From NCBI GenBank assembly GCA_019115985.1, contig DXCN01000020.1:2605-66604 (forward strand): a DNA stretch of 64,000 nt. The letters run 5' to 3'. Shown here one piece after another: positions 35,982 to 45,568 of this stretch; within the stretch, counting starts at the first letter, position 1; each line of letters starts with the position of its first letter. The position numbers and the translations under genes are program-made. Below the pieces are notes generated by a model, which saw only the letters and a list, made by a program, of their open reading frames with translations, had not been told where the DNA came from and ran no database searches. This stretch comes from Candidatus Rothia avicola (GTDB lineage Bacteria > Actinomycetota > Actinomycetes > Actinomycetales > Micrococcaceae).

Positions 35982-36935
35982 ATGCCGGAGTTACCCGAGG
36001 TTGAGGTGGTCCGCCGGGGCCTAGCTGGGCACCTCCTCGGTGCGGTACTGGAGCGCGTGCAGGTAGTGGACGGACGCTCGGTGCGGCGCCACGAGGCCGG
36101 GCCGGTGGACTTCGAGCGGCTACTGACGGGGCTGCGCGTGGCGGACGTGGCCAGACGCGGCAAGTACCTCTGGCTGCTCTTTGAGGGCAACGAAGAGTTC
36201 GCCCTGGTCATTCACCTGGGCATGAGCGGGCAGCTGCTCCTTAAAGCCCCCGAGCTACCGGCAGAAAAACACCTTAAGGTGCTCATAGACTTAGCAGGCG
36301 CCACCGACGAGAGCGGGCGCAAAACCCCGCTCACCCTGCGCTTTGTGGACCAGCGCATCTTCGGCGGCATGTTTGTAAGCCCCCTGCTATCCGTGCACAA
36401 GGCCGCCGGTGAGCCGGTGCCGGGGGCGTCCGCGTCCGCCCTGGGGCTGCCCCTCATCCCGCAGGCCGTTGCCCACATCGCCCGCGACCCGCTCGACCCC
36501 CACTTCGACTTCGGGCAGTTCAGGCGTACCATGCTGGGCACCTCCACCGGCATCAAGAAGCTTCTGCTCGACCAAAGCGCCATTTCTGGGGTGGGCAACA
36601 TCTATGCCGACGAAGCCCTGTGGCGGGCCAGACTGCACTATGCCAAACCCGCCAAGAGCATCCCAGCCTCAACCGCCCGTGAACTGGTGGCCGCTGCGCG
36701 CACCGTCATGCGGGATGCCCTAGCCCAGGGCGGCACCAGCTTCGATGCCCTCTACGTCAACGTCAACGGGGAATCGGGCTACTTCGACCGGTCCCTCAAT
36801 GCCTACGGGCAGGCAGGGCAGCCCTGCCCCCGCTGCCTAGACGCGGGGCGCACCTCGCTGATGGTGCGGGAGCCCTTCGGAGGCAGGAGCTCCTACCGCT
36901 GCCCCCATTGCCAGCGAAAGCCCAGAGGAATGTGA
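35982..36935 (+). CDS. mutM: Formamidopyrimidine-DNA glycosylase
   Basis: MPELPEVE catalytic N-terminus, H2TH region, and C-terminal zinc finger CPRC...CPHC. The upstream extension from 35931 is rejected. Confidence 0.9.
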   Translation: MPELPEVEVVRRGLAGHLLGAVLERVQVVDGRSVRRHEAGPVDFERLLTGLRVADVARRGKYLWLLFEGNEEFALVIHLGMSGQLLLKAPELPAEKHLKVLIDLAGATDESGRKTPLTLRFVDQRIFGGMFVSPLLSVHKAAGEPVPGASASALGLPLIPQAVAHIARDPLDPHFDFGQFRRTMLGTSTGIKKLLLDQSAISGVGNIYADEALWRARLHYAKPAKSIPASTARELVAAARTVMRDALAQGGTSFDALYVNVNGESGYFDRSLNAYGQAGQPCPRCLDAGRTSLMVREPFGGRSSYRCPHCQRKPRGM

Positions 36936-36948
36936 CTGCATCAGACGA

Positions 36949-37048
36949 CAGGCAGAGCGCCTATGCCAGCAACCCTCTTGGTCTCGCGCGGGGCGCTCGC
37001 CCAATTCACCGCCAGCCCCGCTCCAGCTGGCTGTCGGCGCTCTGCCTG
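36949..37048. terminator. Long-range inverted repeat between convergent mutM and oleD (possible bidirectional terminator)
   Basis: 13-bp arms caggcagagcgcc (36949-61) / ggcgctctgcctg (37036-48), with an inner gccagc/gctggc pair. A 74-nt interior makes a simple terminator uncertain. Confidence 0.3.
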
Positions 37049-37067
37049 CCTATTTGAGATGAGCTAG

Positions 37068-38135
37068 TTAGGAGTTCCTACGAAATTTACGTCCGTAGTA
37101 GTCGCCCAGCCGCTTATACCCTTCCTCCAGGGAGACAGCAGGGGACCAGTCAAGGAGTGCCCGGGTGGTGCGCTGGTCGAACCAGTGGGCGGTGGACAGC
37201 TGCTCGGCTAAGAAGGAGGTCAGCGGGGGAATCTGCCCGGGGGCACAACGGGCCCATGCCTTTTCCATGACCAAACCCAGCCCATAGGCTACGGACGCCG
37301 GTAGCGAGTAGGTCGGGGGTTTGACGCCGCAGGCGGTACACATACCGGCGATAATTTCGCCAACCGGGCGGGGCTGGCCGTTGGTGACCACCAGGGGCAC
37401 CCCGCGAATCGCTTCGAGGCGCTGGTAGCCGCGCACGAAAGCGTCCGCCCCGTTATCGATGTAGAGGGTGTCAATCATGGCGGTGCCCTGGTTGAGCAGG
37501 GGCAGGCGACCTGCGGCGGCGCGGTCTAGGACGCGCTCCACCAGCTGGGTATCGCCGGGGCCCCAAACGATATGGGGGCGCAGCACACCCACCCAGAAGT
37601 CCTCCGCATCGTAGCTCAGTGCCAGCAGCTCAGACTCGGCCTTAGACCGGGCGTAGTTACCGCGGGCCTGGTCGGGGCTGGCGGGCGGGTTACCTTCGCC
37701 CACGATAGAGGCCCCGGTGTGGGCAACCGAGGGCGAAGAGGTGTGCAGGAACTTCTTGATTCCGAGTGCGCGGGCAGCTTCAAGCAGGGTGCGGGTGCCC
37801 TCGATGTTGACCTGCCGGTAGTCTTCCCAGTCCCCGACCACAGACACCTTAGCGGCCAGATGAATGATCCCCTGAATACCGGTAACAGCCCGGCGCACCG
37901 CCAGCTGGTCGGTGAGGGAACCCTGCACCTGGTCGAAGCGGTCGGCCAGGTGGGTAGGGAGCATCTGGGCGATACCGGAGTCCCCGCGCTGGAAGGCCCG
38001 CACCGCATAGCCTGCCCTCAGCAGGGCAAAAACAACCTCACGGCCTAGAAGCCCAGAAGCACCGGTGACCAGCACCCGCTCATCACGGGCAGGCTGGCAG
38101 ACCTCGGGGACGAGCGGACGCAGTGAAACTACCAC
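37068..38135 (-). CDS. oleD: OleD, NAD(P)-dependent short-chain reductase of the olefin pathway (3-beta-HSD/epimerase fold)
   Basis: Rossmann VLVTGASGLLG and YxxxK (YARSK). GTG start overlaps the oleBC stop, suggesting translational coupling. Last gene of the oleA-oleBC-oleD order. Confidence 0.75.
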   Translation of the reverse strand: MVVSLRPLVPEVCQPARDERVLVTGASGLLGREVVFALLRAGYAVRAFQRGDSGIAQMLPTHLADRFDQVQGSLTDQLAVRRAVTGIQGIIHLAAKVSVVGDWEDYRQVNIEGTRTLLEAARALGIKKFLHTSSPSVAHTGASIVGEGNPPASPDQARGNYARSKAESELLALSYDAEDFWVGVLRPHIVWGPGDTQLVERVLDRAAAGRLPLLNQGTAMIDTLYIDNGADAFVRGYQRLEAIRGVPLVVTNGQPRPVGEIIAGMCTACGVKPPTYSLPASVAYGLGLVMEKAWARCAPGQIPPLTSFLAEQLSTAHWFDQRTTRALLDWSPAVSLEEGYKRLGDYYGRKFRRNS

Positions 38136-40846
38136 GCGATAACCCCCTTGCCCAGACGGGTCTTTTTCCCCTGGAGGAGCTGCTGGGCCCAGGCTGCAAG
38201 AACCGGGCGGTCAATCTTCGAGTTGTGCCGCACATCGGTGGGGTGCTCAGCAACCACCAGCACAGCCGATACCTCTACGCCGGTCTCAGCCAGTACCCGC
38301 TCCCGCACCCGCTGGGCCAGGTCAACCGGAGCCAGACCGTTGCGGGTCTTCTTGCCGCGGAAGGTGGGGCCGACCTCGGCCACGATCAGGACGGACGCCG
38401 CCCCGGCCGGGCCGGTAGCAACAGCGGCTGCCCGGCGCACCTCGGCATCGAGTTCGGCTGCCTGTTCCAGGGCAACCGGGGTGAGCACACCCTGGGCGGT
38501 CACCAGCACGTGGGCAAGGCGGCCCTCAACCCAGAGGCGTCCGCTGGCATCGAAATGCCCCACATCACCGGTGCGGTGCCAGCCGGGGGTGGCGCTGGAA
38601 GCGCGTTCGGTGACCCAGAGGGTGTCGTAGCGGTCCTTGATGTGCGGGGCTGCCACCAGAATCTCACCCGTGATACCGGGCTCGGTGGTGACCTCGGTTG
38701 AGGCGGTTCCATCCGGCAGCAGGGGAGCGATCTGCAGGGCTGCCCCGTGGACGGGGGTACCCACGCAGACGCCGCCGCCAGCACCGGGAAGCCCGGCTGC
38801 CGCGTCCTGCTCAGCTTGCTGAATCTGGGCGTAGGAGACGTCGGTGGTGGGCAGGGCCTCGGTCATACCGTAGGGGGTGTGCAGGGAGGCCGCCGGTAGC
38901 AGGGTCTGCAGGCGAGCCAGCAGGGGGGAGGTAATGGGAGCCCCGGCAGAGAGCAGGGTGGTGACCTGCCCCAGGGCAGAGCGCTGCTGGCTGCTGAGGC
39001 CATCGACGGTCTCGAGCACGTTCATAAGAGCTGCCGGAGAAGCAAAGACCGTGGTTGCCCCAATCGCCGAAGCTGCGGACGCCAGGGCGGTGGCGGTGAG
39101 GGTCTTAGGTTTGGTGACGTCCATGGCTGGGGTGACAGAGGTCGCTCCCAGGGCCGGGCCCAGCAGGGCGAAGGGGGCAAAACCCGCCACCAGGCCGCTG
39201 CCGGCAGCCAGACCGTAGGTGGCTGCGATAGTATCCCGCATAGCCGCCAGCTGGCGGTGGGTGTAGACCACACCCTTGGCCGGGCCGGTGGAGCCAGATG
39301 TGTAGAGGATGGCGGCGTCCGCATCGGGGTCAGGGTCGGTGACCGCAAAAATCTCAGGGGCCGCAAAATCATCGACCGCACCCACTACACCCAGGGCCCG
39401 GGCGGCGGCAGCGGGGAGGGAAGCGGCTGCAATACGCTGGCCGGGCCAACCCAGGGTACGGGCCAGGGCGAGGGCAGCAGGTATGCCGATGAGCCAGGAC
39501 GGGCGGGCCCCCTTGAGCGCGCGCGTCAGCCCCGCAGCGCCCAGGCCGGTATCGGCCACAACAATCACGGCCCCAATCTTGAGGCAGGCGTAGATGAGGG
39601 TGGTGAGCTTAATGCCGGGTGGTACCAGCAGATTGACCCGGTCGCCGGGCTTCACCCCGAGCCGGTACAGGCCAGAGGCAACCCGCTCTACCTCGGCAGC
39701 CAGCTCAGCCCACGAGAGCTGGGCGGCTACCTCGGTGCCGTCCCCCTTGCTGCTCATATCAACGATAGCCAGGGTGGTGTCGTCCGCCCGGTCTGCCAGC
39801 TCGGCTCCCATGGGGCGGTAATGAGCGGACGCCGGCACCCGGGCAGCGCGTGCAGTGAGGTGGAGTTCCCGCTGGGTGGTGCCGGTAACGAAGCGCTCGG
39901 TCAGCCAGGCCAGAATGGGGGTAGCAATGTCTTCATCTTCGGCAACCAGGTGGCTGGCGGTTTCAAAACGGTGAATGTCGGCCTGCGGCAGGCGGGCAGC
40001 CAGGTCGGCCATGTAGCGGCGCTGGAAGACCGGGTCTTTAGTGCCCCAGAGCAGCAGGGCAGGCAGGTCAAGTTCTGTAATGCCTTCGGCAACAGAGACC
40101 ATAGGGTGGTAGCTGGCAGCCGCTTCGGTTGCGGGAATATCGGCAACAAAATTGCGCACGCCTACCCGGTGCTCGGCGGTGGTGTAGGGCAGCTTGTAGG
40201 CCTTCTTGACCGCAGCATCAAGACCGCCCTGGGCCAGGCCCAAGGTCACGTCGATAAAGGCGGTTGATTTTTCGGTCGCCCAGGAATGCAGAGCCGGGTT
40301 GAGGGCCGCCTGCAGGGCTACCGGGATCTTCTCACCGGCGTCATGAAAAACAGCGGTGTTGGTCAGCATGACACCCGAGACAATCTCCCGGTGACGCAAG
40401 GCCCACCCCAGCGAGATCAGCCCGCCCCAGTCATGGGCCAGCGTCACCAGGGGAAGCTCGGTAGTATCAAGCCCAAGCGCGGCCGTAAAATCACCGAGGT
40501 CAGCGATTCGATCTGAGAGCGAGCGAGTCAGGCCGGTGCGCTCCGAGTAGCCCATATCGAGCTGGTCAACCGCTACCACGCGCCAGGGCTGCTCGGCTTC
40601 AGTTGCAGCAGCGATGACCGACCGCCAGAGATAAGACCAGGTAGGGTTACCGTGCACCGCCAGTACGGTACCGACCGGGGTGCGCCCGGTGGCCTCGAGC
40701 GCCGGACCGTTATCGAGGTAGTGCCAGCGGCGACCGACCCCGGCTTCTTCTATCGGGGCGGACGCGGGCACCTGCACCTGCTGGGACCAGGCAGGGTCAA
40801 CGCCGGGCCAGAGGGCAGGAACAGGAGTGAGCTGGGAAAACGTCAT
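38129..40846 (-). CDS. oleBC: OleBC fusion: N-terminal alpha/beta-hydrolase (OleB, beta-lactone decarboxylase type) fused to an AMP-dependent synthetase (OleC, beta-lactone synthetase type)
   Basis: 905-aa ORF. N-terminal haloalkane-dehalogenase-like motifs (VHGNPTWSYLWR, HDWGG). C-terminal adenylate-forming motif ILYTSGSTGPAKGV. GGAG SD lies in the 8-nt gap after oleA. Confidence 0.8.
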   Translation of the reverse strand: MTFSQLTPVPALWPGVDPAWSQQVQVPASAPIEEAGVGRRWHYLDNGPALEATGRTPVGTVLAVHGNPTWSYLWRSVIAAATEAEQPWRVVAVDQLDMGYSERTGLTRSLSDRIADLGDFTAALGLDTTELPLVTLAHDWGGLISLGWALRHREIVSGVMLTNTAVFHDAGEKIPVALQAALNPALHSWATEKSTAFIDVTLGLAQGGLDAAVKKAYKLPYTTAEHRVGVRNFVADIPATEAAASYHPMVSVAEGITELDLPALLLWGTKDPVFQRRYMADLAARLPQADIHRFETASHLVAEDEDIATPILAWLTERFVTGTTQRELHLTARAARVPASAHYRPMGAELADRADDTTLAIVDMSSKGDGTEVAAQLSWAELAAEVERVASGLYRLGVKPGDRVNLLVPPGIKLTTLIYACLKIGAVIVVADTGLGAAGLTRALKGARPSWLIGIPAALALARTLGWPGQRIAAASLPAAAARALGVVGAVDDFAAPEIFAVTDPDPDADAAILYTSGSTGPAKGVVYTHRQLAAMRDTIAATYGLAAGSGLVAGFAPFALLGPALGATSVTPAMDVTKPKTLTATALASAASAIGATTVFASPAALMNVLETVDGLSSQQRSALGQVTTLLSAGAPITSPLLARLQTLLPAASLHTPYGMTEALPTTDVSYAQIQQAEQDAAAGLPGAGGGVCVGTPVHGAALQIAPLLPDGTASTEVTTEPGITGEILVAAPHIKDRYDTLWVTERASSATPGWHRTGDVGHFDASGRLWVEGRLAHVLVTAQGVLTPVALEQAAELDAEVRRAAAVATGPAGAASVLIVAEVGPTFRGKKTRNGLAPVDLAQRVRERVLAETGVEVSAVLVVAEHPTDVRHNSKIDRPVLAAWAQQLLQGKKTRLGKGVIAW

Positions 40847-40854
40847 AGTGGCTC

Positions 40855-41886
40855 CTACCAGGTGATTTCCATGAGCGCGGTGTTCAGGCCGGAGCCCACA
40901 CCCATGCAGAGAATGCGGTCACCGGCTACGAAGTGGGTGCTTTCCTCAGCCAGGGTCATGGGAAGGGCTGCTGCCGCCACGTTACCCCAGATCGGGAAGG
41001 TCATGGGGATGCGCTCGCGGTCAATACCCACGGCTTCAATAATGGCGTTGGTGTGGGCGTTAGAAATTTGGTGGGTTACATAGGAGCGCATGTTGCCCCA
41101 GTCCCAGCCGTTCTGGTGGGCTTCTTCCCAGGCCTCAGCGACCAGCTGCAGGCCGTGCTTGAGCAGGCCCGCGGCGTCCGTATTCATCCCCTGGTCGGCT
41201 TCACCACCAATGCAGAGATTACGGTGCTCGGTTCCCGCGCGGGAGACCGAACCGACAATCGTGTGGCCCGTGGGGTGCAGATCGGAGCGGCCAATGACGG
41301 CGGCCGCAGCTCCTGAGCCCAGGGTCAGGGTGGCGAACTGGGCCAGCACATCGTCTCGGGTTGAATCGGGGCGGTTGAGCTGGCGCAGGGCGGTGGCGTG
41401 CCAGGGGGAGGGGTCTTCGCCGTCGACGATAAGGGCGTAGTCGATAGCTCCGGCGTCAATCATGGTGGCGGCCACCGTAATGCCGTTGACGAAGCCCAGG
41501 CAGGCGTTGGTGATATCGAAGTTCAGGGCGTGGCGGGGCAGGCCCAGGCGGTCGTGAATACCCACGGCCACGGCCGGTTCAAAGTTATCGCGGGTGACCG
41601 AGGTGTTAATAATCAGCCCGATTTGTTCCTTGCTAATACCGGCCTGGGTGATAGCCTGCTCAGCCGCCTGCACCGCGCCGTCCTCAAAATGCATGGAGGC
41701 GCCCCAGGATCGGCGCTCGCTAATACCGGCGAGGCGCTCGAGTAGCCCCTTGGGCATCTTCAGTCGCTTGTAGGTGGCCGCTAGTTGCTCGTCAAAGTAG
41801 GAGCTGGTGACGACCTCCGGCGGTAGCACCCTGGTGATCGATAGCAGGGAGGCGTTCTTGTGGCGAATATCTGAATTAGCGGTCAA
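40855..41886 (-). CDS. oleA: OleA, FabH-like thiolase catalysing head-to-head acyl condensation
   Basis: 343-aa KAS-III fold. Active-site Cys (ITNACLGFVNG), plus His (THQISNAH) and Asn (GNVAAAALP) positions. First gene of the ole operon. Confidence 0.75.
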   Translation of the reverse strand: MTANSDIRHKNASLLSITRVLPPEVVTSSYFDEQLAATYKRLKMPKGLLERLAGISERRSWGASMHFEDGAVQAAEQAITQAGISKEQIGLIINTSVTRDNFEPAVAVGIHDRLGLPRHALNFDITNACLGFVNGITVAATMIDAGAIDYALIVDGEDPSPWHATALRQLNRPDSTRDDVLAQFATLTLGSGAAAAVIGRSDLHPTGHTIVGSVSRAGTEHRNLCIGGEADQGMNTDAAGLLKHGLQLVAEAWEEAHQNGWDWGNMRSYVTHQISNAHTNAIIEAVGIDRERIPMTFPIWGNVAAAALPMTLAEESTHFVAGDRILCMGVGSGLNTALMEITW

Positions 41887-42086
41887 TCTACTCTTCTAGC
41901 CTTAGTGCGGACTTGGGCAAACCCTTATGTGAAGAAACAGGGCACTTTTTCAATAATATGCCCCGGCGGGGCAGGTGCGGTGATTGATGGTGCGGGTTCA
42001 TCTCACACCGAACAGGGGCACGGGCCTGCGGTAAAGTGGTAAGCCGACCCAAACCCGTTTTTACCCAACCGATGGGGCCCACCACT

Positions 42087-45000
42087 ATGTACCTAAAATC
42101 TTTGACCGTGCGCGGCTTTAAGTCTTTTGCTTCTGCCACCGTGTTTGAGTTTGAGCCGGGCCTCAATGTGCTGGTGGGGCCGAACGGGTCGGGTAAGTCG
42201 AACGTGGTGGATGCCCTTGCTTGGGTGATGGGCGCCCAGGGGGCTAAGCAGCTGCGCGGTGGTGCTATGAAGGACGTCATTTTTGCTGGCGGTGGTTCCC
42301 GCGGTGCGCTGGGGCGCGCCAAGGTTGAGCTGGTGATTGATAACGAGGACGGTGCCCTGCCGCTGCCTCATGCTGAGATTCGGCTGTCGCGCACCATGTT
42401 TTCTGCCGGCGGTTCTGAGTACGAGATCAACGGGGAGCCTGCCCGCCTGGCTGATGTGCAGGACCTACTGGCGGACGCCGGTGTGGGCCGGGAGCTCTAC
42501 ACTCTGGTGGGGCAAGGGCAGGTCGATAAGATCTTGCACGGTACCGCTGATGACCGCCGCGAGCTGATTGAGCAGGCTGCCGGCTTGCTCAAGCACCGTA
42601 AGCGCCAGGCGAAGACCGCGAGCAAGCTTGATGATTTGAAGACCAATCTTGACCGGCTGGAGGATCTAGTCGGTGAGCTGGCTGAGCAGTTGGAAGGACG
42701 CCGGGAGCAGGCTGATGCGGCCCGGGCAGCTAGCGAGGTGGCGGGCCGTGTTCGCAGCCTGACCGCTGATCTTCTGGCTCACGACGCACGCGCCATGATG
42801 CAGGAGCGGGAGGCCGAGCAGGCCGCTGGCCAACAGGCTGAGGCTGCCTGTCTACGGGCGCAGGAGCGCAGCCGCACCCTCGAAGGGCAGCTGGGGGAGT
42901 TGGCCGAGGCCCGGCAGGTAGCCCAGTGTGCACTGGATGAAGTTACCCAGCGCCGTACCTCCTTGAAAGAGGTTGCCCACCTGGTGGAGACGGTTCAGCT
43001 GGTGGCTGCTGAACGTTTGTCCGCCTCCCACCATCAGGAAGAGGATCAGGACGCCGCCACCCGCCTGGAGTCGGCCCAGCAGGCCTGTGCCCGGGAGGAA
43101 GAAAATCTTGAACGGGCCCGGGAGGCGGGAAAAGCAGCTGAAGAAGAACTTACCGCTGCCCACTCTGCCTTAGAAAAGGCCCAGGTGGAGCAGGGCGCAG
43201 CCCAGCAGGCACAGGCTACAGCCGACCAGCAGGTGCGGGACTATAAGGAGAACCTGTCGCAGCTCACCGCCCAGCTGGCTACCGCCCGCGTAGCTTTTGA
43301 GCGAGCCGGTGAAGAGGCTGCCCGTCGGGTAGCTGAGTATGCTGAGGCTAAAGAGCAGGGGGCTTCAGCCGGTGCTGATACCGAGCGGGCCCAGGCCGCC
43401 GTGAACGGCTATCGGGAGCAGCTAGAGCGGGCCGAAACTGAAGCAGAAAACCTGCGTCAGGCGCGCCAGCGGGCGAGCGAAAAGGTGGAATCCAGCCGCA
43501 AAGAGCTTCATCAAGTTCAGGTAAAGCTTCATGCTGCTCAGGCCCGCTGCGAGGCCCTTGAGGCGGCCTGGCAGCATGACGATGCCGAAAGTGGCGATAG
43601 TGAAGGTCTCCGTCAGCAGGCCCTGGAACAGGGAGCGCAGGAACTTATTTCTCTACTTGAAATTGAAGGTACTTGGCAGGCTGCAGTGGCTGCTGCCTTG
43701 GGCCCCTATCTGAGGGCCCTCACCCTGGCAAGCGGTGAGTCCCTACCTGCTGGAGTAACCCAGCTTTATTCCTTTGAGGGAGAGGTTCAGCAGATTGACC
43801 TGCGCGAACTATCTATATCTCAAGCTGAGGTTTATCAAGCCCGCCCGCTGGCGGACGTCCTGACCGCACCGCAGGCCCTCAGCCGCGCCCTCGCCGTGCT
43901 CACTGCGGATACCTACCTGACTCCCGATCAAGAAGCCGCCCGCGCCCTGGTAGCTGCCCACCCGGGCGTCCGCGCTGTAACCCCCGACGGTACCGTGCTC
44001 ACCGCAGGCTCAACCCTCTACCCCTCCCAAGAGCGTCCCCTGACTGAACGCTACGCTGAACTCACCCGAGCTCAACAGGCCCACCGGGAGCTTGCCCAGC
44101 AACAGGAGCAGGCAGAGAGAGCCCACCAGCAGGCCGAAGAAGCACTGAAGACTGCCCAGGAGGCTGAAAAAACCCAGGCCCGCACCACCGGTTCACTCAC
44201 AGCCCAGCTAGCTGCTGCCCGGGCAGACCTTGCCACCCTCACCGGCCGGGCAGAAAGCTCACAGGCGACCCTTGACCGTCTGCAAGAAGCCGCCACCCGT
44301 GCCGAAGAAGCCCAGAAAGAAACCCAAAGGCAAACGGAGGCCGCTCAAGAGGCCCTGGCCCAGGCGCGCAGCACGGAACCCCAAATAGATAGCGCTACCC
44401 TGCGCGAGGCCGTCCGCACCGCAGAAAAAACCCTGGTCGAAGCCCAGGAGGCTAAAACCCTCGCCGAGGCCACAGCAACCTACGCCCGCGAAAAAGAGGA
44501 GGCCGCCCAGGCCCGCCTCACCCAGGCCCAAGAAGCCCTGGCCGCCCTCGAAAAGGCTGAGGAGGCTCGTCAGCTGCGCCAACAAGAGGCCGCTGACGCC
44601 GGTCACCGTGCCCGCAGGGTAGCTGCCTGCGCCCGGGCTCTGGCGCTGGCCCTCGAACAGGTAGAGAGCCAGCAGAGCGAGGAGCACCGCAAGGCCCTGG
44701 CCCGAGCTAAGCAGGCCCAGCAGGCCCTCACTGCCACCCGCGAAGAACTAGCCGGTGCCCAGACCTCCCTGGCTGCCGCCCTGACCCTGCAGGCTGAATC
44801 ATCGGCCCAGGGCGCCCGCGTTGAAGCCCGCTGGGAAGCCCTGACCCAGCGGATAGATAGCGAGTTGGGGCTCAGTCTTGAAGCCCTGCTAGAGAGCCAC
44901 AAGGCCAGTGACCTGCCCCGGGAGGACATCGAGACTGACCTGGCGGCAGCCGAGGCAGAGCTGGCCCGCCTGGGCGTTATCAACCCCCTAGCCCTTGAAG

Positions 45001-45563
45001 AATACGAGGCCCTCGAACAGCGCCATAGCTACCTGCGCCAGCAGATTAAAGACATCAAGACTTCGCGGGCAGACCTGCGGGCCGTCATGAAGGATGTGAC
45101 CGGCCAGATTGAAACCTCTTTCAGTCGGGCGCTAGCCGATGTGCAGGTAGAGTTCAGCCGGATTTTCTCCCTGCTCTTTCCCGGCGGCCAGGCCGAACTG
45201 GTGCTGGCCGACCCCAACGACCTTGAGCACAGCGGGCTTGATATCCGGGTGACACCGGCCGGTAAGAAGGTCACCCGTCTTTCCCTGCTCTCTGGTGGCG
45301 AGCGCACCCTGGCCTCCCTGGCCCTGCTCCTGGCGGTTTTTATGGCCCGCCCTGCCCCCTTCTATGTGCTAGATGAGGTAGAAGCGGCGCTTGATGACCG
45401 TAACCTGGGCCGTCTGCTGGAGGTGCTGGGGCAGCTGCGGGAGAAGTCCCAGCTGCTGATGATTACCCACCACCAGCGCACCATGGCCCAGGCCGATACC
45501 CTCTACGGCATTACCATGCGGCAGGGGGTTTCAAGCGTGCTTTCGCACCGCCTGGCGGACTAG
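42087..45563 (+). CDS. smc: Chromosome segregation protein SMC
   Basis: MYLKSLTVRGFKSFA...GPNGSGKSN head, very long coiled coil with a central hinge, and C-terminal LSGGE...LDEVEAALD. Confidence 0.93.
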   Translation: MYLKSLTVRGFKSFASATVFEFEPGLNVLVGPNGSGKSNVVDALAWVMGAQGAKQLRGGAMKDVIFAGGGSRGALGRAKVELVIDNEDGALPLPHAEIRLSRTMFSAGGSEYEINGEPARLADVQDLLADAGVGRELYTLVGQGQVDKILHGTADDRRELIEQAAGLLKHRKRQAKTASKLDDLKTNLDRLEDLVGELAEQLEGRREQADAARAASEVAGRVRSLTADLLAHDARAMMQEREAEQAAGQQAEAACLRAQERSRTLEGQLGELAEARQVAQCALDEVTQRRTSLKEVAHLVETVQLVAAERLSASHHQEEDQDAATRLESAQQACAREEENLERAREAGKAAEEELTAAHSALEKAQVEQGAAQQAQATADQQVRDYKENLSQLTAQLATARVAFERAGEEAARRVAEYAEAKEQGASAGADTERAQAAVNGYREQLERAETEAENLRQARQRASEKVESSRKELHQVQVKLHAAQARCEALEAAWQHDDAESGDSEGLRQQALEQGAQELISLLEIEGTWQAAVAAALGPYLRALTLASGESLPAGVTQLYSFEGEVQQIDLRELSISQAEVYQARPLADVLTAPQALSRALAVLTADTYLTPDQEAARALVAAHPGVRAVTPDGTVLTAGSTLYPSQERPLTERYAELTRAQQAHRELAQQQEQAERAHQQAEEALKTAQEAEKTQARTTGSLTAQLAAARADLATLTGRAESSQATLDRLQEAATRAEEAQKETQRQTEAAQEALAQARSTEPQIDSATLREAVRTAEKTLVEAQEAKTLAEATATYAREKEEAAQARLTQAQEALAALEKAEEARQLRQQEAADAGHRARRVAACARALALALEQVESQQSEEHRKALARAKQAQQALTATREELAGAQTSLAAALTLQAESSAQGARVEARWEALTQRIDSELGLSLEALLESHKASDLPREDIETDLAAAEAELARLGVINPLALEEYEALEQRHSYLRQQIKDIKTSRADLRAVMKDVTGQIETSFSRALADVQVEFSRIFSLLFPGGQAELVLADPNDLEHSGLDIRVTPAGKKVTRLSLLSGGERTLASLALLLAVFMARPAPFYVLDEVEAALDDRNLGRLLEVLGQLREKSQLLMITHHQRTMAQADTLYGITMRQGVSSVLSHRLAD

Positions 45564-45568
45564 GGTAG

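Noticed and set aside
39257-40267. 336-aa ORF antisense to oleBC, plus several 60-160-aa ORFs in the same region
   Set aside because: They lie wholly inside a 905-aa ORF with clear hydrolase and adenylation motifs. They have Gly/Arg-rich shadow composition.
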